In this document: piece after piece, positions 39,190 to 49,222 of the stretch
Numbering within the stretch: position 1 is the stretch's first letter
Layout of the letters: every line of letters begins with the position of its first letter
Assembly (NCBI GenBank): GCA_024226335.1
Contig: JAAELY010000545.1
Coordinates: 10,523-74,522 of the forward strand
DNA: 64,000 nucleotides
Direction: 5' to 3'
DNA from: a bacterium
GTDB lineage: Bacteria > Myxococcota_A > UBA9160 > SZUA-336
The notes under the pieces: model-generated
Database searches by the model: none
The model's input: only the letters and a program-made list of their open reading frames with translations
Told to the model about the DNA's origin: nothing
Program-made: the position numbers and the translations under genes

Positions 39190-41487
39190 GTGTCGATCTC
39201 ACGACTGACGCGCTGCGCGGGCCTGATCGGGCTGGCGCTCGGATTCCTGGTAACGGGTGCGCTTACAGCGCATGCACAGACACTCCAGGAAGTGATGAAA
39301 GCTCGCGAACTGACTCAGAAAGACGTGCTGGCCGCAGCCAAAACCTACGTACCGACGGGCAAGCGCGACGAGTACCTCGTGTTCAGCTCGGGCGGTCAGA
39401 ACGGCTCGGTCATCGTGTACGGCATTCCTTCGATGCGCCTTCTGAAGTACATCGCGGTATTCGCGCCCGAGCCGTGGCAGGGCTACGGCTTCGAGGAAGA
39501 AAGCAAGCGGGTGCTCGAGCAAGGCTATATGAACGGGCGGGAAATCACCTGGGGCGACACGCATCACCCCGCGCTTTCCGAAACCGGAGGCAACTACGAC
39601 GGCCAGTACCTGTTCATCAATGACAAGGCCAATCCGCGCCTCGCGGTGATCGACCTGCACGACTTCGAGGCCAAGCAGATCGTCGTCAATCCGATCTTCC
39701 AGTCCTCGCACGGCGGTGCGTTCGTTTCCAACGACACGGAGTACGTGATCGAAGCCGCGCAGTATCCCGCGCCTCTGGGTGGTGAGTATGCGCCGCTGCA
39801 ACAGTTCGACGACAAGTATCGCGGCGGCGTCACCTACTGGAAGTTCAACCGCGAGAAGGGGCGACTCGAGCCCGAAAACTCGTTCTCGATCGAACTTCCG
39901 CCGTACTCACAAGACCTGAGTGACTTCGGCAAGGGGCCCAGCGAATCCTGGACATTCACGAACTCGTTTTGCACTGAGCGATACGTGGGCGGGATCGAAC
40001 TCGGGCGTCCGCCCTTCGAGGCCGGTTGCTCGGCCAAGGACACCGACTACCTGCACATGGTCAATTGGCGCAAAGCGGTGAAGGTCGCGGCGGCCGGCAA
40101 GACGACAAAGATAAACGGACATAACGTCATTTCGATCGAGACGGCCGTGAAGGAAGGCCTGGTCTTTCTGATTCCCGAACCGAAGAGCCCCCACGGAGTC
40201 GATGTGTCGCCCGACGGCAAGTACATCGTGATCTCGGGCAAGCTCGACTCGCACGTATCGGTCTATAGCTTCGCGAAGATGAAAGCCGCGATCGACGCCA
40301 AGAAGTTCGCATCGACCGACCCCTACGGGATTCCAATCCTCGATCTCAAGGAGTCTTTGCACACCCAACTGGCGCTTGGACTGGGCCCCCTGCACTCGCA
40401 GTTCGGTTCCGAGCCGGGCGTGGTCTACACCTCGCTGTATGTAGACTCGCAGGTGGCGCGCTGGAACTATCTCGAAGGCAAGCTGCTCGACAAGATCTCC
40501 ATCCACTACAACATCGGCCACCTGATGACCATGCACGGAGATACGGTCGCGCCGGAAGGCAAGTATCTCGTGTCCTTGAACAAGCTGGCGATCGACCGTT
40601 TCAATCCGGTCGGCCCGTTACATCCGCAGAACCACCAACTGATCGACATCTCGGGCAAGAAGATGCAACTGCTCTACGATATGCCACTTCCGCTGGGAGA
40701 ACCGCACTACGCCCAGGCGATCCGCGCGTCCCTCCTTAAACCGCGGGTGCGCTACAAGTCGGGCACGAACACCCGAACAGGTCAACGCTCACCTTTCAAG
40801 ACGCGTGCTGGAGAAGAGCGTATCGAGCGCAACGGCAAGAAGGTCGAAGTCTTCGGTACGTTGATCCGCTCGCACATCACGCCCGAGATCATCGAAGTCG
40901 AAGAAGGGGATGAAGTCACCATCCACCTGAGCAATCTGGAGCGGGCCGAGGACCAGACGCATGGATTCACGGTCAGCAAGTACAACGTGCACGGCTCTTT
41001 CGAGCCAGGCGAGACTGCGACGGTTGCCTTCACCGCTGACGTCGCGGGAGTCTTCCCGTACTACTGCACGGAGTTCTGCTCTGCGTTGCACCTGGAGATG
41101 GAAGGTTATCTGCTCGTCAGACCCAAGGGCTTCGTGGCCCCGGTCGGCGAACTCGAAGCCAAGGAACGTTACACCAAGGCTGACTTCGAAAAGCAGGTAA
41201 AGACCAACGTAGAAACCCAGGCCGTGATCGATTCAGTCGTTGCCTACATCACGAGCGTCAACTACAAGAGCTTTCCCGAAGTGGCGAGTCTGATGGAAGA
41301 CGCCGTCGATCAACTCGGCCGCATGGAAGGAGCCAAGGAGAAGGCGGAAACAGCCGCAGCCGCCGGAGACTATCAGAACGCGACTCTCTGGGCCGGACAG
41401 TGGTGGCAATACCAGGTAAAGGCCGCCGACATCGGTCTTCGGGCAAAGACTTTCCTGGAGCAACACGGCGCGACACCGGTGCAGTAG
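39190..41487 (+). CDS. nosZ: Nitrous oxide reductase NosZ, Sec-dependent (clade II) type with a ~110-aa C-terminal extension. GTG start.
   Basis: Sec-type signal (no twin-Arg). ITWGDTHHP is the CuZ His region. CTEFCSALHLEMEGY is the CuA motif. 765 aa. AAGAGGGGG RBS. Confidence 0.9.
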   Translation: MSISRLTRCAGLIGLALGFLVTGALTAHAQTLQEVMKARELTQKDVLAAAKTYVPTGKRDEYLVFSSGGQNGSVIVYGIPSMRLLKYIAVFAPEPWQGYGFEEESKRVLEQGYMNGREITWGDTHHPALSETGGNYDGQYLFINDKANPRLAVIDLHDFEAKQIVVNPIFQSSHGGAFVSNDTEYVIEAAQYPAPLGGEYAPLQQFDDKYRGGVTYWKFNREKGRLEPENSFSIELPPYSQDLSDFGKGPSESWTFTNSFCTERYVGGIELGRPPFEAGCSAKDTDYLHMVNWRKAVKVAAAGKTTKINGHNVISIETAVKEGLVFLIPEPKSPHGVDVSPDGKYIVISGKLDSHVSVYSFAKMKAAIDAKKFASTDPYGIPILDLKESLHTQLALGLGPLHSQFGSEPGVVYTSLYVDSQVARWNYLEGKLLDKISIHYNIGHLMTMHGDTVAPEGKYLVSLNKLAIDRFNPVGPLHPQNHQLIDISGKKMQLLYDMPLPLGEPHYAQAIRASLLKPRVRYKSGTNTRTGQRSPFKTRAGEERIERNGKKVEVFGTLIRSHITPEIIEVEEGDEVTIHLSNLERAEDQTHGFTVSKYNVHGSFEPGETATVAFTADVAGVFPYYCTEFCSALHLEMEGYLLVRPKGFVAPVGELEAKERYTKADFEKQVKTNVETQAVIDSVVAYITSVNYKSFPEVASLMEDAVDQLGRMEGAKEKAETAAAAGDYQNATLWAGQWWQYQVKAADIGLRAKTFLEQHGATPVQ

Positions 41488-41497
41488 GAGATCAAGA

Positions 41498-41839
41498 GTG
41501 ATACGACCGATTTTTTCATTCACACTCGTCCTGACCCTCGCTCTGGCATGGGCCGGCTCGGGAAGCGCAGAAGATTCCGGCAAGAATCCAGACGGCGCGA
41601 CGCTGTATAACGAACGCACTTGCGTCGCCTGTCACGGGAAGGATGCGAAAACCCCGATCCTACCCGTGTATCCGAAACTCGCCGGGCAAAACGCCGACTA
41701 CATGCTGCAACAGATGAAGGACATCAAGAGCGGCGCGCGTAACAACGCGAATACAGCGGCGATGAGGGCTGTGATGGTCCTGGTAAATGAACAAGAGATG
41801 GGAGCTCTGGCGAGCTACATCTCCACCCTCAAGCCATAA
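41498..41839 (+). CDS. Monoheme c-type cytochrome, nos-cluster associated.
   Basis: Signal peptide. CVACHG. Confidence 0.75.
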   Translation: MIRPIFSFTLVLTLALAWAGSGSAEDSGKNPDGATLYNERTCVACHGKDAKTPILPVYPKLAGQNADYMLQQMKDIKSGARNNANTAAMRAVMVLVNEQEMGALASYISTLKP

Positions 41840-41852
41840 AGGAGAGCATCGG

Positions 41853-42566
41853 ATGCTCAGTCCGCGAACACCCGCTTCCATCATCGTATTGCTGCTGCTC
41901 GTCTTCACGCCCGCACTGGCACTAGCTCAGGCACCAGCCAAGAGCGAAGGCATCGAGTCAGAGGGCTATAAGTGGAACGACATGATCGGAGAGAAGGTCA
42001 AGGCGCTCACGCTCGAAGGTGACATCGAGAACGGCGAAGAAGCGTATGAGATCTGCGCCGCCTGCCACCTGCCCAACGGCGCGGGTCGTCCTGACGGAAC
42101 CTTTCCGCAGCTTGCGGGCCAGCACTCGACGGTGTTGATCAAACAGATCGCGGATATTCGCGAGGGACGGCGCGATAACCCGACCATGTACCCCTTCGCC
42201 AAGACGCTTGTCGATCCCCAGGAGTTGGCAGACGTGGCGGCCTACATCCAGACCCTGCCGATTCCCACCGGCGCAGGGAAGGGTGGAGGCGAAGCACTGG
42301 AACTGGGCGAGAAGCTCTACAAGCGCGACTGTACTTCGTGTCACGGGAAATTCGGCGAAGGGAACAAGGACAAGTTCTTCCCCGTACTCGCGGGCCAGCA
42401 CTACAAGTACCTGCTTCGACAGATCGGCGACATTGCCGAAGGACGACGCCGAAATGCCAACCCCGATATGGTGAAGGTGGTCAAGAGTTACAAAGAAGAT
42501 GAACTGAAGGCCGTGGTCGACTACATGTCTCGACTGCGCTGGCCCGAGCGCGAAGCCAAGGACTGA
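41853..42566 (+). CDS. Diheme cytochrome c4-like.
   Basis: Signal peptide. CAACH and CTSCHG are the two CXXCH motifs. AAGGAGAG RBS. Confidence 0.75.
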   Translation: MLSPRTPASIIVLLLLVFTPALALAQAPAKSEGIESEGYKWNDMIGEKVKALTLEGDIENGEEAYEICAACHLPNGAGRPDGTFPQLAGQHSTVLIKQIADIREGRRDNPTMYPFAKTLVDPQELADVAAYIQTLPIPTGAGKGGGEALELGEKLYKRDCTSCHGKFGEGNKDKFFPVLAGQHYKYLLRQIGDIAEGRRRNANPDMVKVVKSYKEDELKAVVDYMSRLRWPEREAKD

Positions 42567-42569
42567 AGA

Positions 42570-43265
42570 ATGCAGCGTGGCCCGATCCCCGCCGCGCTGA
42601 GCGCACTCGCGGTCGTATTGATGACCGCGGGCTATTTCTCGCCGATGTGGTGGGTGTCGCTGACGGCTCCCAACTACCCGGAACACACGTTTCCAGACGG
42701 CGTTCGCATTCACATGCACTTCAACGGCGTGTTCAACGGTTGCCAGGCCCGCGAAAGCGAGGAAGTCTACGAAGAAGAGGGCCTGGATTGCGTGCACGAG
42801 ATGAACACCATCAACCACTACATCGGCATGGAGGCGCTGGAGCGCGGCGCACAGCACGAGTTCGCGATTGCGCCGTTTGTTTTCGTGCTCTTCGGTGCAC
42901 TCGCGATCGTCGCGCTGTTCTACTCGGGACCACTGTGGTGGATACTCCCTCTGCCGGCGATCTTGCTCCCTGTGTTATTCGTGGTCGACTTCGCGGCCTG
43001 GCTCTGGTGGTTCGGCCACAACCTCCACCCCTGGGCGGCGTTCACGGTAAAACCGTTCATGCCTACAGTGCTCGGACAAGGCAAAGTCGCACAGTTCAGC
43101 ACGTATTCTTATCCCCAGTACGGAATGGGCCTGATGTGTCTCGCATCCTTCAGCCTGCTGCTCTCGACTCTGATCCGTCGCAAGACGATCGCAAAGCAGA
43201 AGTCGGCTTCCTCCGTCGGTCCGCGGGCCGGGGAGGCAACGGGTGAGCCAGGCGCTTCGCTTTGA
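42570..43265 (+). CDS. nosB: Integral membrane protein, NosB-like (clade II nos-cluster accessory).
   Basis: 4-5 TM helices. Sits between the nos cytochromes and nosD, as in Sec-type nos clusters. Confidence 0.4.
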   Translation: MQRGPIPAALSALAVVLMTAGYFSPMWWVSLTAPNYPEHTFPDGVRIHMHFNGVFNGCQARESEEVYEEEGLDCVHEMNTINHYIGMEALERGAQHEFAIAPFVFVLFGALAIVALFYSGPLWWILPLPAILLPVLFVVDFAAWLWWFGHNLHPWAAFTVKPFMPTVLGQGKVAQFSTYSYPQYGMGLMCLASFSLLLSTLIRRKTIAKQKSASSVGPRAGEATGEPGASL

Positions 43266-44508
43266 TGCGCGGCGGAAGCGCGCCCTCCTAGCCGCGCTCT
43301 GGCTGGCTCTCCTGCTGCCAAGCGCGGAAGCCGTACCCGGTTCTGGGCTTCCCTCGTTTCAGAGACTCGTCGATGCCACGCCCACAGGAGGTCTGCTCCA
43401 GCCCAAGGCAGGAATCTACGCTGGGCCAGTCGTCATACGCCGAGCCATGCGTATCGACGGCGCGAACTCGGTCGAGATCCGCAACGGAGGCGTGGGTACG
43501 GTCGTGACCATCAATGGCGATGACATCGTGCTGCGCGGACTGCACCTGAGCGGATCCGGCGAGATTCACGATACCCTGGACGCCTGTGTTCGGGTTCGAG
43601 GCCACCGGAATACGATCGAACAGAACCGACTCGACGATTGCCTGTTCGGAATCGAACTCCAGAAATCTGACGACAATCTGCTGCGCGGGAATACGATCAC
43701 CTCCAAGCCCTTGATGATGGGCCTGCGCGGTGACGGGATCCGGCTGTGGTACAGCATGCGCAATCGTATTGAACACAATCGGATTCGCGACGTGCGCGAC
43801 ACAGTCGTCTGGTATTCGCGCGACAACGTGATCTCAGACAACGTCACGAGTGGAAGCCGCTACGCGCTGCACTTCATGTACGCCCAGGAGAACGTGGTCG
43901 AGCGAAATGACTACCACGGAAATCTGGTAGGCATTTTTCTCATGTACAGCGACGACGTGATCGTCCGAGACAACCGCATCTATCGATCGGTGGGTCCCAC
44001 GGGAATGGGGATCGGCTTCAAGGAGACGAGCAGAGTCCGAGTAGAGCGCAATTCGATCCTGTACAACGCCGCCGGTATCTATCTGGACGTCTCACCCTAC
44101 CAGCCTGGATCGACCAATCAGATCCTCGACAATCGGATCGCGTTCAACGGAAGCGGGGTGCTGTTCCACACGGACTGGCCGGGGAATGTGCTCAGCGGGA
44201 ATCGCTTTGAAGGCAATCACGCCCAGGTAGCCGTTCGCGGGGGTGGGAGCGTGCGACGCAATTCCTGGAAGGGCAACTACTGGGACGATTACCAGGGCTT
44301 CGATCGCGATGCAGACGGGATCGGAGACACGCCTTACAAGCTGATGGCCTACTCCGATCGGCTCTGGATGGAAGTTGCGGCCATCGAATTCTTCCGAGCC
44401 TCACCCGCACTCGAAGCACTCGACTTCCTCGAACGCCTACTCCCCTTCAGCAAGCCAACCGTCATTCTCGAAGACTCACAGCCTGTCTTCCATGGGGATG
44501 GAGACTGA
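43243..44508 (+). CDS. nosD: NosD, periplasmic right-handed beta-helix (CASH) copper-processing protein.
   Basis: Signal peptide. Repeated parallel beta-helix units (NRIEHNRIRDV, VERNDYHGNLVGIF, VERNSILYNAAGIYL). Confidence 0.8.
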   Translation: MSQALRFDARRKRALLAALWLALLLPSAEAVPGSGLPSFQRLVDATPTGGLLQPKAGIYAGPVVIRRAMRIDGANSVEIRNGGVGTVVTINGDDIVLRGLHLSGSGEIHDTLDACVRVRGHRNTIEQNRLDDCLFGIELQKSDDNLLRGNTITSKPLMMGLRGDGIRLWYSMRNRIEHNRIRDVRDTVVWYSRDNVISDNVTSGSRYALHFMYAQENVVERNDYHGNLVGIFLMYSDDVIVRDNRIYRSVGPTGMGIGFKETSRVRVERNSILYNAAGIYLDVSPYQPGSTNQILDNRIAFNGSGVLFHTDWPGNVLSGNRFEGNHAQVAVRGGGSVRRNSWKGNYWDDYQGFDRDADGIGDTPYKLMAYSDRLWMEVAAIEFFRASPALEALDFLERLLPFSKPTVILEDSQPVFHGDGD

Positions 44509-45289
44509 GGTGAGCGAAGCCAGACCGAACAAGAAGCGCGCTCGGAGGCGCCCGAAGCTCGGACGCAAGCAGGAACGGCGCAGGCAGGTCCTTCGCAGTT
44601 TCATGGTCGGAGCGGGGATCGTGCTCCTGCAGCCTCTGGCCTGGCTTCCCGTCATCCGTCGCTGGCAGACTCGGCTGCGCCCGCCCGGAGCCCTCGAGGA
44701 GAGTGAATTCCTGGCCGCCTGCATCAAGTGCGGTCAATGCGTGCAGGTCTGTCCGGTGCAGGCCATTGCACTCGCGGATGCCGACGATGGACTCGGGGTC
44801 GGTGTTCCCTTCATTGAAGCGCGCGCTCAAGCTTGTGATTTCTCTTGTGACGCCCTCTCCTGCATTCTCGCCTGTCCGACAGGCGCCCTCGATCACGAGG
44901 TCAGCGCCAAGGAAGAAGTTCAAGCGGGTGTAGCAGTCCTGACGAATCCAGACACCTGCCTTGCACGACATGGCCTGGAGTTCCGAGGCAAGGCGCGCGG
45001 CGGCGAATTCGACGGCCTTCTGCGCTACAAGGAAATCGACCGCTGGACTCCTCTATCCGTCGGCGGTCACTCCTACGACCGCGACCTGTGCGACCTCTGC
45101 GTTCTCGAGTGCCCGATCGGCGAAAAGGCGATCGGACTCATTCCGCTGGGAGCTGAAGCTCCGAAGGGAGCCATGACACCCGAAGTACGGAAAGCCTGCG
45201 TGGGCTGTGGCGTCTGCGAGATGATCTGCCCGGTAGCAGATGCGCCGTCGATCGCGGTCAAACCGCGCGAGCACTGGAAGAACGCATGA
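44491..45289 (+). CDS. nosG: NosG, NapG-like 4x[4Fe-4S] ferredoxin. The start is uncertain: 44491, 44497 or 44509.
   Basis: CIKCGQCVQVCP, CDFSCDALSCILACP, CDLCVLECP, CVGCGVCEMICP. Confidence 0.7.
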
Positions 45290-46242
45290 GACTACTCAAG
45301 GATCTCGGCGTGATGCTAGGCCGTGCTCCGCGACGAGCGCAGAGGATTTCCGATGCGGCCAAGGCCGTGTATGCGGCGAAACGGGGCTATCTGCAAAGGG
45401 ACGCACTCCTTGCCGAGATGGCCGCAGATCCGCGACCTCATCCCTGGCGCAAGAAGCGCTGGGCCGTTCTGATCTCGACCAACCTGCTGTTCACTCTGTC
45501 ATTCTGGGTCGATGTGCAACTGGTCGAAGGATCGATGACAGCCTCGCGCTTTCTGGGCTTCCATATGGCTGACCCCTATTCGAGTCTGCTCGTCGTACTC
45601 GCGCACCGGCACATCTTCGTGAACCTGATGATCGGCGCTATCACCGCGATGATCTTCTGGACGCTGCTGGGCGGACGCAGTTTCTGCTCCTGGGTCTGCC
45701 CCTATCACTTTGTCTCGGAACTGGGAGAGATGCTACACCTGCGACTCGCGGAAAAAGGGTGGGTACGCGATCACATCCTGCACCGCGGGGTCCGGAGTGC
45801 GCTATGGATCGTCTTCGCGCTACTCGCGTTCGGGAGCGGGTACGTGCTCTTTCTCGCCCTCAATCCAATCGGCATCCTGAGCCGTGCCCTGGTTTACGGC
45901 CCGAGCCTGGCCCTGGCCTGGGTGGGAATGATCCTACTCTTCGAAGTCTTCTACTCGCGTCGCGCATGGTGTCGCTACGTCTGCCCGGTCGGGCTGAGCT
46001 ATGGCTTGCTCGGACTTCTCGCACCATTGCGCGTGACCTATGACCTGGAAGCTTGCAGCCACGAAGGCGAGTGCCGCAAGGTTTGTGAAGTACCGCACGT
46101 ATTGGAGATGACCATCAAGGGACGTGCAGAGGATCTGAGTGTGGACATCGGTCCGGATTGCACGCGCTGCGGCATGTGTGTCGACGTGTGCCCGACCGAT
46201 TCGTTGAACTTCAAGGTGCGCGGCGTCGGTGACCTGCTTTGA
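45286..46242 (+). CDS. nosH: NosH, NapH-like membrane FeS protein.
   Basis: TM CxxCP motifs (FCSWVCP, WCRYVCP). C-terminal clusters CRKVCEVP and CTRCGMCVDVCP. Confidence 0.75.
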   Translation: MRLLKDLGVMLGRAPRRAQRISDAAKAVYAAKRGYLQRDALLAEMAADPRPHPWRKKRWAVLISTNLLFTLSFWVDVQLVEGSMTASRFLGFHMADPYSSLLVVLAHRHIFVNLMIGAITAMIFWTLLGGRSFCSWVCPYHFVSELGEMLHLRLAEKGWVRDHILHRGVRSALWIVFALLAFGSGYVLFLALNPIGILSRALVYGPSLALAWVGMILLFEVFYSRRAWCRYVCPVGLSYGLLGLLAPLRVTYDLEACSHEGECRKVCEVPHVLEMTIKGRAEDLSVDIGPDCTRCGMCVDVCPTDSLNFKVRGVGDLL

Positions 46243-47123
46243 ATTCACCGGTGATCGGGATCGCGGGGCTCACGAAAGGGTTCGGCCGCAAGTCTGTGCT
46301 AGAAGGCGTCGACCTGGACATCGTAACGGGTGAGCGGGTCGCGCTGGTCGGCGCAAACGGTGCAGGCAAGACCACTCTGGTGCGCTGCCTGCTGGGTGAG
46401 TACGCTCACGGGGGATCGGCGCTGATCGGCGGTGCTTCGGCACGCGAGCAGCGACGCGAAGTCCTTTCGCGCGTCGGCTTCGTGCCGCAGACCCCTCCCC
46501 CCCTGCCCCATCCGGTCGGTGTGCTGATTGGCTTCGCGGCATCGATCTGCAGGTGTGAACCGCGCGACATCCAGGCCGTGGCAACCCGCCTGGGCATGGA
46601 CGCTCGTGACGTCTGGCGTCAGCCCTTCGTCAAACTCTCGGGCGGGCAGAAGCAGAAACTATTGATCGCGATCGCCCTGGGACGGCAGACTGAGGTTCAA
46701 ATCATGGACGAACCAGCGGCCAACCTGGACCCGGATGCCCGACGTGTTTTCTTCGAACTACTGGCCGAGCGCAGCGAGGGCCAGACCATGCTGCTGTCCA
46801 GCCATCGCCTGGACGAGGTCTCGGGCCTGGTGAACCGCGTGGTCGAGATCGATTCCGGGCGCGTCTCCTTGGATTCTCCGCTCGCCGACGCGGTCTCGCT
46901 GTCGACTCTGCTCTCCTGCGAACTCCGACTGCGACGCAACGAGCGGACAATCGCCCTCACTCTCGAGAACTGGGGCCTGCGCGATCAAGGCGACGGCTTG
47001 TATTTCAAGGGACGCATTGCCGGACCCGATAGACTGCGCTTCATGGGCATGCTCTCTCGCTATTCCGGCCTGGTCGCCAACCTCGTCCTGCGCGAAGAAC
47101 CGGGCCAAGAGGACGGTGGATGA
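46239..47123 (+). CDS. nosF: NosF, ABC transporter ATP-binding protein.
   Basis: Walker A GANGAGKTT. Signature LSGGQKQK. Walker B IMDEP. Confidence 0.8.
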   Translation: MNSPVIGIAGLTKGFGRKSVLEGVDLDIVTGERVALVGANGAGKTTLVRCLLGEYAHGGSALIGGASAREQRREVLSRVGFVPQTPPPLPHPVGVLIGFAASICRCEPRDIQAVATRLGMDARDVWRQPFVKLSGGQKQKLLIAIALGRQTEVQIMDEPAANLDPDARRVFFELLAERSEGQTMLLSSHRLDEVSGLVNRVVEIDSGRVSLDSPLADAVSLSTLLSCELRLRRNERTIALTLENWGLRDQGDGLYFKGRIAGPDRLRFMGMLSRYSGLVANLVLREEPGQEDGG

Positions 47124-47548
47124 CACGCCTGTTTTCGCTGCTGATCGCGTTGCTATGCGCCTGCTCTGAGCCGAGCACCGGGCCGACGCCGATCCGCTGG
47201 GATCGGGACACTTGCGAGCGTTGTCGCATGACCATTTCAGATCCGCGTTTCGCAGCGCAGATCCGACTCTCGGACTCGGGCCAGGTCCGCGACTTCGACG
47301 ATCTGGGCTGCGCAGTACTCTGGCTGGATGAATCCGAAGCGCGGTATTCGGAAATCTGGATTCGGGACCACCGCACGAGCGTCTGGCTGGATGCTCGGCA
47401 GGCGTACTACGAACCGGCGCGGGGCACACCCATGGACTTCGGCTGGGGAGCAACGAGCGATCCGGGCGAGAAACACCTGAGTTTCGAGCAAGTGCGCGCT
47501 CGCGTTCGCAGTGAAGAACGAAGTGCCCATGGGAGCGTCAGACGATGA
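47120..47548 (+). CDS. nosL: NosL-like copper chaperone lipoprotein.
   Basis: Lipobox LLCACS. DTCERCRMTISDPRFAAQI is the NosL-type Cx2CxM motif. Confidence 0.6.
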   Translation: MTRLFSLLIALLCACSEPSTGPTPIRWDRDTCERCRMTISDPRFAAQIRLSDSGQVRDFDDLGCAVLWLDESEARYSEIWIRDHRTSVWLDARQAYYEPARGTPMDFGWGATSDPGEKHLSFEQVRARVRSEERSAHGSVRR

Positions 47549-48372
47549 GTGCACTCCTCGCCACTGCCCACCTTGACGTGAGCGAATCGCTACGCGCACG
47601 CTGGTTCCTGGTCTACTCGCTGGTCTTCGGCGGTGCGGTCGCTCTGCTATTCGCTCTAGGGCTTACGGAGTCGCGCGTACTCGGCCTGATCGGGCTATCG
47701 CGTTTCCTCGCCACCTACATCCAGCTGTGCATGGCCATCCTGCCGATCTTCGTCCTGTTGACGACCGTGCGCTCCGTAGCTGGCGATCGCGAGGCGGGCA
47801 TCAACGAGTATCTGCTCGCCCTGCCCATCCCTCTCTGGGCCTGGTACTGGGGAAAACTCCTGGGACGCTTTGCGGTTGTATTCCTGCCCGTTTTCCTGGC
47901 AATGGCGGCGGCTGCGGGCTGGGCGAGTTGGAGTGAGGCCCACGTTCCGTGGCGTCTCTTCGCCATCTACTCCGGGCTGCTCGCGGGCCTGATCTGGTGC
48001 TTTCTCGGCCTGGGGATGCTGATCTCGACGCTGGCGCGCTCTGTCGACGTAGCCCAGGGAGCGGCCTTCGTACTCTGGCTCGGCTTGTTGCTCTTTCTGG
48101 ATCTGATCCTGCTCGGCCTGTTGATTCAGGGCGGCATCGAAGCCGATACCGCGATCGGTCTGGCACTGGCCAACCCGCTTCAGGTCTTCCGGACCGGTGC
48201 GATGATGCTATTCGATCCGGAGCTGATCGTACTCGGACCGACGGCATTCGTGATCTTTGATACCTTCGGTCACGAAGCGTATCTGGCGTGGGCCGCCCTG
48301 TATCCCGTCACACTCGGCTCACTCGCGGCAATCGCAGGTTTCCTGGCCTTTCGTCGCGGTGATCTGCCCTGA
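47545..48372 (+). CDS. nosY: NosY, ABC-2 type permease.
   Basis: Six TM helices. Follows nosF and nosL. Confidence 0.7.
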   Translation: MSALLATAHLDVSESLRARWFLVYSLVFGGAVALLFALGLTESRVLGLIGLSRFLATYIQLCMAILPIFVLLTTVRSVAGDREAGINEYLLALPIPLWAWYWGKLLGRFAVVFLPVFLAMAAAAGWASWSEAHVPWRLFAIYSGLLAGLIWCFLGLGMLISTLARSVDVAQGAAFVLWLGLLLFLDLILLGLLIQGGIEADTAIGLALANPLQVFRTGAMMLFDPELIVLGPTAFVIFDTFGHEAYLAWAALYPVTLGSLAAIAGFLAFRRGDLP

Positions 48373-48391
48373 TCGCGGAGTGTTGAGCAGC

Positions 48392-49039
48392 CTAGGAACG
48401 CCGACAGGCGCGCTCAGCGGTTTCCGCCAGATCGCGGATCTCGCGGGTCTGGAAGCGCGGCAGGGCAGAATCGCTCCCACCCCCCTCCAGGCGCACGATG
48501 TGCTCGGTGACGGCTCGAAGCGGGACCAGCAGACCCCTTCGAACAAGCAGGTAGATCACTGCGGAGAATACGAGCGAACCGAGCACCACCGCGATCACGA
48601 GGTCCAGGATGATTCGAATCGACTCCCGGCGCACGGGTGCCAGATCGAAGTGCATCTCCGTTAGCCAGGTCTGCCCATCAGGAGCGAGCACGGCCGGAGC
48701 CACGTAGCTGAAGTCAGTTCCGAGAACGCGTGTCAGCGCTCCGCGTCGACGATCCATAGGCAACTCTTCTCCGGGCTGGAGAGTGCGCAAGGCCATCTCG
48801 ACGCCGCCGACGTTTTGCAGTCGGTTGACCAGGCTGCGAATATCTTCACCGCGACTGACCGCCTCGCTGACCCCGACGTGAATCACGCTGCCAAGGCGAT
48901 GCGCCTCGACGCGCGCGTGGCGGATGTCCCGCTCGTACATGCGATAGGGAAGAATCGCAAGCACGCCGACGATCGCGACCGCAGCGATTCCGCCCAATGC
49001 CCGAACTAGACGAGACTCAAGACTCGGTAACTGCTCCAT
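48392..49039 (-). CDS. Hypothetical 2-TM membrane protein.
   Basis: ORF with two hydrophobic segments. No recognisable motif. Confidence 0.3.
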   Translation of the reverse strand: MEQLPSLESRLVRALGGIAAVAIVGVLAILPYRMYERDIRHARVEAHRLGSVIHVGVSEAVSRGEDIRSLVNRLQNVGGVEMALRTLQPGEELPMDRRRGALTRVLGTDFSYVAPAVLAPDGQTWLTEMHFDLAPVRRESIRIILDLVIAVVLGSLVFSAVIYLLVRRGLLVPLRAVTEHIVRLEGGGSDSALPRFQTREIRDLAETAERACRRS

Positions 49040-49222
49040 GGGTCAAATAGTATCAGCCGTTCCGGAGATTTCCGCCGTGTGAGAATTGGGCAGGCTCCCA
49101 CGGCCGGGGGTAGACTGCGGTTGCCAGGGGATTCACATCCTCGCCATGCCATCGTCACCGGCTCGTAACACGGCTGCGCTACTGCTTGAATCCGATCTCG
49201 AGTCCGAGGAGGAAGGGATTCC

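Noticed and set aside
38794-39208. Two small plus-strand ORFs upstream of nosZ.
   Set aside because: Low-complexity products in the nosZ promoter region. No RBS and no conservation signal.
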